64,000 nt of DNA. It comes from Octopus sinensis (taxonomy: Eukaryota). The notes beneath the pieces are model-generated. The model worked only from the letters and a program-made list of their open reading frames with translations, ran no database searches and was not told the origin of the DNA. The stretch lies in NCBI RefSeq assembly GCF_006345805.1, contig NW_021833241.1, positions 1 to 64,000 of the forward strand. Direction: 5' to 3'. Both the position numbers and the translations under genes were made by a program. Below, one piece after another: positions 1 through 12,993 of this stretch (position 1 is the first letter of the stretch; every line of letters starts with the position of its first letter).

Positions 1-449
1 ACATACATGATGACTGTTGACTCGTTAATGGCGTATAACAATGGCTGACAAAAATTGTTTATCACAGCATTGTATGTTTTGAGAACAAGAATAGTCTCTG
101 AACCCAGCAAACGATTTACAGTTGTTGTTGCAGATTTGATATTTATACAAATTCTGTTGGATTCTAGGTTCTTTAGAATCATTTTGATGATTTGATTTTC
201 TCTGTGCACACATATGTTTCTAGATAAACCTAAGTGAGTTATACACATTTTCTGGTAGACAATGCATGTGAGGTTGACCACAGCAGCAGCGCCGTAGTAA
301 TTTGTAACCGGTCTTTCTATGTGGCTTCGTTGGTGCCACACCAGGCCTGCACTAAAAATATATAGACGGCCACATACTTCAAAGACGAAGAGAAAAACTA
401 TAGGCTCAATGGCTTTGTTTTCTAGTTGATTTGCTTATGAGTGACCACC

Positions 450-838
450 CGTTAGCACGCCGGCGAAATGCTTAGCGGTATTTCGTCTGCCGTTACGTTC
501 AGAGTTCAAATTCTGCCGAGGTTGACTTTGCCTTTCATCCTTTCAGATTCGATAAATTAAGTACCACTTACGCACTGAGGTCGATATAATCGACTTAATC
601 CATTTGTCTCTCCTTGTTTGTACCCTCTGTGTTTAGCCCCTTGTGGGAAGTAAAGAAATAGGTATTTCGTCTGCCGTTATGTTCTGAGTTCAAATTCCGC
701 GTGGTCGACTTTGCCTTTCATCCTTTCGGAGTCGATAAATAAAGTACCAGTTACACACTGGAGTCGCTCACATCGACTTAATTCCTATGTCTGTCCTTGT
801 TTGTCACCTCTATATTTAGCCCCATGTGGGCAATAAAG
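450..838 (+). mobile_element. tRNA-derived SINE family A, head-truncated, dimer of the ~183-bp body unit
   Basis: B-box-like GAGTTCAAATTC, then gcctttcatcctttc..gtcgataaattaagtacc, occurs twice. The units join through taaagaaataggtatttcgtctg. Homologous copies lie at 9866, 49186, 49813, 59079 and 63752. Confidence 0.85.
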
Positions 839-839
839 A

Positions 840-1213
840 CCAATTCTTCACCACGACAACGCCCGGCCGCACGACGCACAACTGGCCCTGCAGAAGTTGA
901 ACGGATTGGGCTGAGAAATTCTGCCTCAACCGCCGTATTCACCAGACCTGTCGCCTACCGGCTACCACTTTTTCAAGCATCTCGAAAACTTCCTGCGTAA
1001 GAAATGCTTCAAAAACGAAGACGATGCCAAACATTCCTTCAACGACTTCATCGCCACTATAACACAGGATTTTTACGCTACCGGCATAAATAAACTTATT
1101 TCGATTTGGCAAATGTGTATTGATTATGATGGTGCTTATTTCGATTAATAAAATTTCGTATGTGTATCTGAATTTAAAGGTTAAAAACCGCAAGACCTTT
1201 CTTGACAACCTAA
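840..1213 (+). mobile_element. Mariner (cecropia/Hsmar1-like) transposon 3' fragment: transposase C-terminus plus right TIR
   Basis: Frame 840-1148 reads PILHHDNARPHDAQLALQKLNGLG*EILPQPPYSPDLSPTGYHFFKHLENFL...FYATGINKLISIWQMCIDYDGAYFD*. It contains the HDNARPH and YSPDL(A/S)P mariner motifs and one in-frame TGA at 912-914. A TIR-like aaaaccgcaagacctttcttgacaacctaa at ~1184-1213 is followed by TA. Confidence 0.93.
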
Positions 1214-1518
1214 TAATAATCAGAAGCGACCAGGTCATCCGGAAAACGTGTGGAGTTGAGTAAGTCTGTATATGTAGGCATGTACATGTGTATAAGTATT
1301 TTCATATGTATGATTTTGTGTGTTTCATAATAGTTTGACTGAATTTTGTGGATTAGCTACAGTACGTACTGCCGGAGTCGGCCTTGCATCTGGAGCACAT
1401 CCCGGATTCTCGAGCCAGTAACAGGCTTATACAAATTATAAGTACTTGGTATTGATTCGTTAGTGTGACATATTTCAAGGTGATGCTCCGGCATGGACAC
1501 AGTCTAATTGTTAAAAAC

Positions 1519-1554
<36 letters not shown>

Positions 1555-1725
1555 TCGTGTGTGGCGTGGTTCGTGTATGTGTGATAAGGTTGTATTCTAA
1601 GTTTATAAAGATAAGCGAATTGATCAAATCGAAGACATTTTATTGTTTATGACTTATGTAGGTTAGTCAAGAACTGCAACGATGCTGCAGGTCCTGTAAC
1701 GACTTAAATATATATATATATATTA

Positions 1726-2037
1726 CGGATTCCATGGACGGGAGGCTCACCAATGGAGAAGTTCTTAAGCAGATCAAGCCGAAAATGTCGCTAGAAGTAG
1801 GGATCCCAGCACGATTGGCATATTTCGGTCATATTATGCGGAGAAAATCCCTGGAGAAGGACATCATGCTCGGAATGGTCAGTATCAAGAGAGAAGAGGC
1901 CGACAAAGAACCCGGTGGCTTGACACCATCAAGAGTGATACCGGAATGGACATAGCCAATCTGAAAGAAGCGGCCCAGGATAGAACTGACTGGAAGACAC
2001 TGATCCAACGAGTAACAGAGAGTCGACTTCGACTGAG

Positions 2038-2040
<3 letters not shown>
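1726..2040 (+). mobile_element. RTE (BovB-like) non-LTR retrotransposon, 5'-truncated 3' end
   Basis: Reads RIPW..RLTNGEVLKQIKPKMSLE..RLAYFGHIMRRKSLEKDIMLGMVS, then after a frameshift RWLDTIKSDTGMDIANLKEAAQDRTDWKTLIQRVTESRLRLSG. It ends in (AT)n and is homologous to 36851-37241. Confidence 0.9.
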
Positions 2041-2083
<43 letters not shown>

Positions 2084-4237
2084 ACATAACAAATAAAATA
2101 AATATATAAAATTAATATGTAGCGCCTTGATAACCGTCTGTAATATTTAGGGTACGCAAACATAAATATTCATACACGTGCAATAATGAATAATTCTATG
2201 AATATTACGTTAAATTCATCAATAGTTTTTCTTTTCTCTTTTCATTGGAGAAAGTAAACCTTTTGTGACGGCGTTGATTTCTTCTTGACTATTTGAAGTG
2301 GAGACGATGAAATATATTAAGTGCGGCAACAATGTAATTTAGAAATAAATCAAATGTCATATTACAGTCAATTTGATTTTAAAATAACTGAAGGATGCTT
2401 CGAGTGTGTGAGCAATACTTCCAGGATTCGAATATTTTCGGTAAGTGTTGTCTCGTAAATATTGATTCATGTTTGTGTATATAATCTGCGTATCAACTGA
2501 TACAAAGTAGTATGTGTTGATGTACACATGTTTTCGTGTGTGCGTGTTCGTGTATGTGTGATAAGGTTGTATTTCTAAGTTTATAAAGATAAGCGCATTG
2601 ATCAAATCGAAGACATTTTATTGTTTATGATTTTATTTAGGTTAGTCAGTGAATTGCAACGATGCTGCAGGCCCTGAAACGACTTAGTCAATCAAATACA
2701 CACCAGTATAAACCTTAAGGCGGATGCATTTTCTCTCGATCTACTTTGCAGAAACCAAAGGTCACGAGGACACCCAATATAGAGCGTTGTTTGTCAAGCG
2801 GTGTGATATAAACAAAAAAAAATGATTTCTTACATATATACAATCATGCGCGAATGCCTGCCCTCTCCACAAACACCCAAGCACACATACACAAATGAAG
2901 ATCCTTTTCACAGTGCCTGTCTAATAAATATTCTCAGAATTCAGTGGTCGATTCAAGGCCTTTTTTAGGAGCACTTGCAATGCTTCTGCGCAAAATTGCT
3001 AAACAGGAACATACGAAACATTTTTATCTACTTACGCCTAGCTACATCTATAGAACTGTAACGTTACCCACGTATATAGACCCCTGAGAGATAAACAGTA
3101 TATCTTTGATTATTTCACGAATGTTCCCCAATAATTAGTAACGAATATCGTATACTCTATCCATATAATTGTTAGTAAAACATCACAAACATTGAATTTA
3201 ATCTTATATTTATACCTACAATTTTGACACACATTCGATTCTAATTTTTCCTTAAGCTTAAGTCAATGATTTTGTAGCAATGTGCATGCGTATGTTAGTA
3301 ATGAATCTTGTTATTTATTTCTATCTCGTGTAATAGGTGAAGCTGAAAACGAAGGTGTAAATTTATTGTCAAAATCGTTACGTATCAGGAAAATATAATC
3401 ATGCTATGACGTTATTCATCTTACTTGCGGTTTACAAGTTATATTTCAGTTACTCTAAAATGTACATAGAAGGGTAGTTACAAGTAGTGAACATGAACAT
3501 GGGATGTAAGTAATCTGTAGACTTTAGGTAAGGATTTAAAAAGAACGAATGGCAATTTGACTGCTAAAGTTGTAGATTCTTAGGATTTCTAATTTGACAT
3601 ATACAGATTGTAAATTTCATTCTGTATACTAATATACACTCGCTGCGTATATATTAATCATCTTAAAGGATAAGATTTCTCTTGCGGAAATAATCGCATA
3701 TGGTAACGCAAGATTTACCTCGTCATGGTAATAGAGACACCAAGAGGTCTTATTAAAAGAACATTTTTAATTAAATATCCCAAATTTGTGGTTTTTTGAT
3801 GATGCGTGAAATTTTCTTTTAATATAACTGAAAATGTAGCTTTGTTGATAGAATCTAAGTTTAATTGATTTATCGTTGAAACATATTGATGCGATTCTTT
3901 GAGCGTGGCAGAAACAGTCGATGAAAATGACTTTCATAAAGCAACGCCCAGGAAATGGAAAAAAAATTTAGCGTAAGATAAACAACATTTTGAGCATTAA
4001 TAATGTTGGCCCTAGAATAATCATTTAATTTTTATTTCACTTTCTACAATTTTAATTTGGGGACATAATTATTATGAAATCGACAAGTTTTGGAGTAGAA
4101 TATTTATCAGTGAAATATCAGTAAAATGTTATTGTAGGCCGCAAAATATAAGTACTGTGTACTTTAATGTGACTTTCGGATTAACGTTCTGTTATATCGC
4201 AATACTACACAGTGGCTACGAAATCCTCGTCCCCACG

Positions 4238-4380
4238 TTTATGTTGCACGTTCGGATGACCTCTACTCAACTTTGCTCTCACCGCTACTCTTTTCTGTTC
4301 TACCGATGTCTAGGCTTCTCTATATATATATCTACGTATTGGGCTAGCCTACTTGATTGTCTGGGGGCGTCCACACAACA
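4238..4380. mobile_element. Degenerate copy of the 150-bp solo-LTR-like element at 14303-14452
   Basis: Shares gcacg.tcggatg.c.tctactcaact, tctaggcttctc, ttgggctagcctactt and gcgtccacacaaca with 14303-14452. Confidence 0.6.
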
Positions 4381-4960
4381 CGTTCTCATATCAAATGAAT
4401 GTTACGGAAACTTCTGTTTCTTGAACTTTTGACTGAGTTGTTTAGCTTTAAAAGATATGCTTACTTTCTGTTATAAGTATCAGATAGTATGCAATGATCT
4501 TCATTGGTTTTAGTTCTACATCTTAAAGAACGCAAAATAACTTCGAAAATTCATAAACTCGGCAAATATTTGAATTCAGGTATACATATTTTATAGTACC
4601 ATCTAGCTTGTGACAGAACGGTAAATTATCGATAAATTATCGTTAACTAGATAAAGATTATGTAGAAATATTCACAATCTAAAGGCAATTGCTGGAGACA
4701 ATTTATCAGGTTTAGAATATTCGTGAAAGATTTTCTTGAATTCCTCCGCCTCATGCTAGCTGATCGCATTGACTTTAATTGAGTACTACATTATCCATAC
4801 ATAAATTCCATATATTCAATACTCGTGTATGCATATTTAATATAGTGCTCCAGCACGGCAAGTAAGCTGTAAAGAAAATATTTCCAAATGCAAAAACTTG
4901 TAAACGAATTATATCAGTATATAACATTTATACTTAATTACGCACACAAGCATAGATCCA

Positions 4961-5435
<475 letters not shown>

Positions 5436-6520
5436 ATATGTTATCTGTGTTGGTGTGTGTGCGTGCATATGCACTGTGGCAGCATATCGATGAATGTGTA
5501 TCTGTATGAATTTAATATGGAATAAACTGCAAAATGATTATGAATAATTTTACATGTGAATTTTTTCAATTTTTAAAACACATATTTTTCTCTCTAGGAA
5601 ACGTAATGAAATGGGGATTAAACTGGATAACATGATACCTGTTAATCATACAGATTTTCGTTCCGTGCTTCATACTGGAAACTTCTCCACCGCAGTACAC
5701 ATTCTGTATTACATTTATTGCCCGAAAATAAATCGATACAGATTAAAAACCTCTTTGGCAATTTTCGGGTTTTCAGTATCCCGAGAATTTTTCGGATCTT
5801 AAAACCAATAGCATTATATTTCTGCGTGATTAATTTCATTTCGTTTATATTGGTTGCATTCATCTTAAAATGTTTTCACGTATAAAAATGCTTAATATAT
5901 TTTAAAGTTTTTATCTTATCATCCATTTGTTTTCGCCATTAGACATAAGATATACTAGGAAAATAACTTGAGATCGAAACCCAGTGCTTATTGTATAAGT
6001 CTGAACTTATTCTATTTACATCTTTTGGCGATCGGCTAAGTTACCACGGCGTAATCAAAATACACCGGTTGGCAAGCAAGCGTAGGCAGCAAAAGCAAAG
6101 ACAAACACCCACAAGTACAACATATACACTCACCCCCCATATATTATATACACATATATATATATGCATATATAAATATATATATAAGCATATGTATATA
6201 TGCATATGTATATATATATGTATATATAAGCATATGTATATATGCATATGTATATATAATGCATTATATATAGGCGCATATTATATAATATGCATATATA
6301 TAATATGCATATGTATATATATATGCATACTATATATACATATTAATAATGCATATATATATATGCATATATATATATATGCATATATATATATACATAC
6401 ATATAGTATATATATATATATATATTATATAAATATAGATATATATATATATATATATATTAATATATATCTATATATATAATATATATATATTATATAT
6501 AGTAATATATATTTTTGGTA

Positions 6521-7210
6521 GATTAGTAATATTTTTGGTAGAAATGACTGATTGTCCCTCTTAGCGTTTGGCATGTATATACAATGCCTCCTGCATGTAT
6601 GTATAATGCCCTCTATATATAAATTAATATATTCAATAAGAAATAATTTTTTTTCGAAATTTTTCTCTTATGAGGTTTTTACGCTATCTACCTGACAATT
6701 TCTTGTTAAGTTTTCCTTATAAGTAGTTGTCCTTAATTGCTAAATTTTTATTCCGAAAAAATGTTCTCTCCCGAATGCAATTCGTAAAAGTTTACCATTT
6801 ACCCGGATGTAATATATATAAACTCACCCATGTGCTTCGTTGATGTTGATCAGTTAGCTGATCGGCTTAAGCGAGGCAGGGTCGTTGTTTATTTATAATA
6901 CATTCAGGCTGCTGATGATTACGTAAGTATGAAATCACTGTGATACAGGTCTATATTTTAAATGTACTACTTTGAAAAATTGCATTCGGTGGGATTAGTA
7001 ATAGTTTTGGTAGTAGAAAGACTGATTGTCCCTCTTAGCGTTTGGCATGTTATACAATGCCTCCTGCATGTATGTATAATGCCCTCTATATATAATTAAT
7101 CTGTTCAATAAGAAATAATTTTTTTCGAATTTTTCTCTTATGAGGTTTTTACGCTATCTACCTGACAATTTCTTGTTAAGTTTTCCTTATTAAGTAGTTG
7201 TCCTTAATTG
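6521..7210 (+). mobile_element. About 1.5 tandem copies of a 472-bp unit containing a hammerhead motif (retrozyme/PLE-pLTR-like)
   Basis: A ~218-bp direct repeat lies at 6521-6739 and 6993-7210. The intervening segment carries the hammerhead motif at 6909-6948. (AT)n tracts flank both sides. Confidence 0.65.
6909..6948 (+). ncRNA. Type I hammerhead ribozyme motif
   Basis: CUG-CUGAUGA-U[UAC GUAA GUA]U-GAAA-UCA cug UGA-UA-CAG. The core is intact, stem I is CUG/CAG, stem II has a GNRA loop, stem III is AUCA/UGAU, and the cleavage triplet is AUA. The 10.1-11.1 position is a non-canonical U-U. Confidence 0.65.
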
Positions 7211-7266
7211 TATATATATATATATATTATATATATAATATATATATATATAGATATATATATAAT

Positions 7267-7395
7267 GCATATTTGGCATTAGAATTTTTCTTTTGCCCTT
7301 ATTTTATAAGTTATTTATAAATTTATCTTTAAAAGTATTTTTTAATATGCTGGCCTTAATATTTTTTTTTCGAAAACGTTTTATCCTACATCATG

Positions 7396-7433
<38 letters not shown>

Positions 7434-7436
7434 ATA

Positions 7437-7478
<42 letters not shown>

Positions 7479-8002
7479 GATGTAGGATAAAACTTTTTCG
7501 AAAAAAAAATTATTAATGGCAGCATATTAAAAAATACTTTTAAAGAAGAAATTTATAAATAACTTATAAAATAAGGGCCAAAGAAAAATTCTAATGCCAA
7601 ATATGCCGAAAATAGACAAATTGTCGATACCCATTATGATTTATGCGTCTCGAAACAAACCGATAGAAATTTCTAAAAAAATCCGTTATTACCCTATTGG
7701 TCCCAATTTCAGAGTTAATTCATAAGAATTTTCCCCTCCACAGCGATAAATATGTTAAACATAAATGAAATACTTATTCAAACCCATGGAAAAAGCAAGC
7801 ACTAAGTCCTGAGCAGACCTAAGTACCCCAAAAATTCTTATGAATTAACTCTGAAATTGGGACCAATACGGTAATAACGGATTTTTAGAAATTTCTATCG
7901 GCTTGTTTTGAGACGTATAAATTATAATGGTTATTGACATTTTGTCTTTTTTCGGCATATTTGGCATTAGAACTTTTCTTTTACCCTTATTTTATAAGTT
8001 AT
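7267..8002. repeat. Overlapping inverted repeats (foldback-like)
   Basis: 7267-7396 is inverted to 7475-7606 around (AT)n. 7559-7732 is inverted to 7831-8002 around a ~98-bp loop. Confidence 0.85.
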
Positions 8003-9116
8003 GTCTATATGAAATCTCTTCAGTTTCCGTCAAACAAATCCAAGAGCCAAATCACAATGCTTTGACCATTCCCAGAATATAGAAGTCACTAGATGAAGGG
8101 GACACCCAGTGTAATTGAGGCCAGAACAATATGGATCGGAAGCTAGCTACTGATCACACAGACACGTTTGCTTATTTTGTATTGATATATATAAGTTCGA
8201 TATGCATAACATCAAATCAGAATTTTACGAGGAAATGAATGTATGAATATTTATACGTTCCAAGGCGATGAGCTGGCTGAATTGTTTGCACGCCGGGCAC
8301 AAATGCTTGGTGATATTTCGTTTGTCTTACTGCTTTGAGTAAAAATTCTGTCGATGTCTACTTAACCTGTCATAATTTCTGAACGGATAAAAGAAGTACT
8401 CAACGAATACTAGAGTCATTGTAATCGACCTCTCCCTTGCCCCAAAAATCAGGGCCCAAAATTGTGGTGTTTTAACTTTTATGATCCTGAGCTGACATTT
8501 CTCTTCAGGCTTTTTCGCCCTGGCTGAGGAGTCGAAGGTTCAAAAGTGGTTAGGCAGTTAAAATCCTATCTATATTCAAAGTAGTGCCCATAGGGCATCA
8601 TGTCCCAAAACGTCATCACCTTTGCAAAAAGAATCGTTATTTGATTGATATTTGTCTGATATTTCTATCCGATTATTGACTTATAGCATTTCGCTATTAA
8701 TGATTTTGTAGTATTTGAGTGTAGCACATATTTTGTTTATATTCCTAACAAAAATATCTTTTTTAGGCTCAGATAGTTTCAAAGTGCTATTAGGTAAAAT
8801 ACCGTAAATTTATTCATGAATGATGTATAAATATGTTCTTTATAAGCCATATTGATTTCGCGTAAATATTCATAGAAAGAAATATTTCCAGATTTATATA
8901 TAGCTGAATGAATCGATTATAAGTTAATGAGCGATATTTATATCGAAAATGAAGTGTTGAAACGTAAAGTGCTTTCTGGTGCTAGTTTGTACTAAAAGTC
9001 ATATCACATATTGATATTCAGTAGCAGCACATTTAGACTACTATGTACAATATTCGCAACACTTGGCTTGGATATACACAAGAAAAATTATATTATTTAC
9101 AAATATATGTATGTGA

Positions 9117-9178
<62 letters not shown>

Positions 9179-9502
9179 TAGAATATATATATATAATATA
9201 TATTTAGTTTCAGCTCAGACTGCGGCCATGCTGATGAACCGCCGTTTTATGCTACACTGTTATTACTAAGAGATTCCTCTAGTATGTGGCACTTGGTGAA
9301 GAATGGAGTTTGATATAGCTACCCTCATTTGCACCTCTTGCCGTGAGGTAGGTTCATCTGGGACTCTCGACAGGAAGAGGTGCAGCTTTGATTTAAAAAA
9401 CCGCTACATCTACTTTGTGCAAGTTCCACAGACTCTTTGGGAGAATACTAAAAACCTGTGGGCCTTGAAAACCCAGCCTGTTGCAGATATACATATTTAA
9501 TA

Positions 9503-9540
<38 letters not shown>

Positions 9541-9865
9541 TATCTATCTATATATCTATATATATATATATATTATATTATTTATATATATATATACTAT
9601 ATAATACATGCACATTTAACACACAGAGGCATCCATCAGAGGACTACTTGCACGCTATACAGTAAAATTCCAAACCTCTATTGCGGATAACACTTCGAAA
9701 GGAATGAAAAATATAAACATGTACCATCTATATCCTGGACCATGGTTTAAATGTACACGGTATTTAAATGTATAATATATAGTCTATTAACTATTTTTTT
9801 TTTCACAGTAGGCCACTGGTAGCAGAAATTTCTAACATTTCTTATTACCTTTGATATTATATATG

Positions 9866-10082
9866 TTACCCACAAGGGGTAATAAAGGAGACAAACAAGA
9901 ACAGACAAACGGATTAAGTCGATTACATTGACTCCAGTGCGTAACTGGTACTTAATTTATCGACCCCGAAAGGATGAAAGGCAAAGTCGGCCTCGGCAGA
10001 ATTCGAACTCAGAACGTAACGGCAGACGAAATACGGCAACGCATTTCGCCCGGCGTGCTAACGATTCTGCCAGCTCGCCGCC
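9866..10082 (-). mobile_element. SINE family A, monomer with tRNA-like head
   Basis: The minus strand begins ggcggcgagctggcagaatcgttagcacgccgggcgaaatg (A box) and contains gagttcgaattc (B box). Confidence 0.85.
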
Positions 10083-10428
10083 TTTGCCAGCAGATCATGC
10101 GCTTCTAGTAATATTGTTCAAACGGTGGAATGCGGTACAAATTTGGAGAAATTGTTGTTTTAATTATGAAAGAATTTGAACAGTGGGAATTTGAAAACGA
10201 GACATAAGAGAGGAATTTTAATATGAGATAATGAAGATAGTGATGTGATTTCTGATTTCAGATAACATGGCATATAGATTTAGCAATAAATTATTTCAAA
10301 ATTAAACTGGCGGATATTGTGTGTACATATTGATACCCATGTCTGTGTCTATATAAGCATGTATAGATATGCATGTGCTGGTGTGCTTGTGTGTACACTT
10401 GTTACAGCATGCGTGTATATATATATAA

Positions 10429-10486
<58 letters not shown>

Positions 10487-10504
10487 TGTGTGGGTTATGC
10501 ACAT

Positions 10505-10742
10505 ATTTATTCCTAAGGGGAGAAACATGCTTCCCAACCACATGGTTCTGGGTTCAGTTCCACTGCATAGCACCCTAGGAAGCGTCTTCTACTTTAGCCA
10601 GGGGCCAACCAAAGCCTTGTGGGTAGATTTTGGTAGACAGGAACTGGATGAAGTCCGTCGTATTTATTTATCTATCTATATATATATCTATAAAACTATT
10701 CGTATGTGAATATATACATATATGTATATATATGCATATATA

Positions 10743-10774
<32 letters not shown>

Positions 10775-10985
10775 TTACTATATATGTAGTATATTATATA
10801 TTATTATATATATATATATATATACGTTCTGTGTGTGTGTGTTTGTATATCTGTGTTGTGTCCACTGGCAACGCTTCAAAACTGTCGCTGTTGTGCATAT
10901 GTCCCCGTAACTTAGCGGTTCGGCAATACACTCCGATAGGATAAATACGAGCTTTAAGCTACGTACTGGTGTCGATAATTCGTCT
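10505..10985 (+). mobile_element. tRNA-derived SINE family B, degenerate, internal microsatellite expanded
   Basis: Contains accacatggttctgggttcagttccactgc..ccaaagccttgtgggtagatttggtagac, then cttagcggttcggc..gatagg. Homologous to 26230-26640. Confidence 0.7.
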
Positions 10986-11214
10986 AAAGATTACATGTAC
11001 TCTCTTGGACTTCTTTCCTTCTCTCTTGACATTATCTGTCTTAGCTTCCCGACGAGGAGCCATTGCAGAAACGTTATACACGCACTCCCTCTCTCTTTCT
11101 CTCTCTCTGTCTCCCATCTTAATTTGAAATTGAATCTAATGCATTCTATGTTTGCGTCGTTTTGACTTTTGTCGTTGTGTTATTTTTATTATTCGATTTT
11201 TAGTGTACGAATGA

Positions 11215-11286
<72 letters not shown>

Positions 11287-12523
11287 CAATGAGCGCGCAG
11301 TCGTGTCCATATGCATGCATTTTTATAAAGCAATACATATGTAAGTGTTCTCGAATATGTATGTATTTATGCTTGTCTGCGCGTTTTTGCTTATGTCTGG
11401 GCGTCTGCCTGCGTAACACTACATATATTATATTTGAATGCATGGATGCTCTTCATGTCAATTTATTAAAAGCATTTTAACATCATTAGATTTGACAATG
11501 AAACATATTTCTTAAGTGTTGTATAAGAAAGTGTCTAAGATTGGATGATTTATATTTACTTATTCTTTTTTTACGACGTAGTGCTAACATATAGCTGTCA
11601 GCTTGTGATTTCATTTTGCTAAAAAAAAATGTAAAGGAAATACAGGTGATGTGATATGGAATATGATGTAGCGAGTAAGAACAAGATTAGAATTTTAAAA
11701 AAATAGCCTAAAAAAATAACACAAAACTATGGAGAATTTTCAAGTAATATAAAATAATATCAGACAACAGGAAATGCAAAAAAGAAGTAATAATGGCGAA
11801 TAAAAACGTAGGAAGTTAAACATAAATTTCAGATGATATGAAAATACATAAATCAAATATAGACATAAAAATCTACGTCACATACTGCAAAAGTGAAACA
11901 AATATAATGAAATGGAATCGTAGAAGGAAAAGAGCAAGAGAAACGTAGTGGGAAAGATGAGAGTGGTGTACTGGAGTATATAGAGCTTGTATATATTCGC
12001 ATCCAGATATGTATGTGTGTAGACGTCATATATTTGTGAGTGTGTGTGTGTGTGCGTGTATGTGTGTGTGCACGGCTGAAAAATCATGAATGTATTAATA
12101 TGTATTAAAAGCGTAAAGTAGAATATGAGTGGTTTCCGTGCAATCGATGTAAGGAAGCACATGTGGCTACCGGTGCTCTCGTGTATGAAGTCGCTTAGTC
12201 TTTCGGTCATCCATAACGGAAAAGAGGTTTATTACATGTAATATTATGAGAAAAAAGAGTGAAAAATTCCCTCAGACGATGAGAAAAACAATTGTCTCAA
12301 TATCGCGTGTGTGTCGAGGGCCTCATTAAGACAAGGGAGTTCACAGTAGCGGAAACGAAAGACTGGAAAGGAACATCATAATGCAGGAATACAGGACTTT
12401 CAAACTAGAATACTGCATATATATGTATATGAATATATATATATATATATATATAATATTATATATATATTATATATATATATATATATATGTAGATATT
12501 ATATATATATATATTATATATAT

Positions 12524-12565
<42 letters not shown>

Positions 12566-12592
12566 GTAGATATATATATATATAATATATAG

Positions 12593-12624
<32 letters not shown>

Positions 12625-12678
12625 ATATACACCTATATACATACACATACACACGGATACACACACACAGATATATAT

Positions 12679-12797
12679 CACCGAGATCACCGTGACCGAC
12701 GAGGCTATCAGATGTTGCTACACATGCTGGTCACAATGCGCTTCGCATTGTTTTAGCCTTCAAATGACGCCACCCCGCTGGCTAAGCGAGCAGGCCA
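12679..12797 (-). mobile_element. Interspersed repeat fragment, probably the 3' part of a SINE/LINE
   Basis: ccgagatcaccgtgaccgacgaggctatcagatgttgctacac...gctggctaagcgagcaggcc is a GC-rich island between microsatellites. It is recalled as a common octopus repeat and has not been verified. Confidence 0.45.
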
Positions 12798-12866
12798 TAG
12801 AATATATATATATATATTTATATATTTATATATATATACATATATACACATATATACATACATATA

Positions 12867-12900
<34 letters not shown>

Positions 12901-12950
12901 GTATATATATATATATACACACACACACACATGTATACACACACACACAA

Positions 12951-12993
<43 letters not shown>

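Noticed and set aside
2650-2692. GAAAC...GUC hammerhead-like 3' half
   Set aside because: There is no CUGANGA core and stem II is poor.
9866-10082. tRNA gene calls from A/B boxes in SINE heads
   Set aside because: No cloverleaf can be formed, and the boxes continue into multi-copy SINE bodies.
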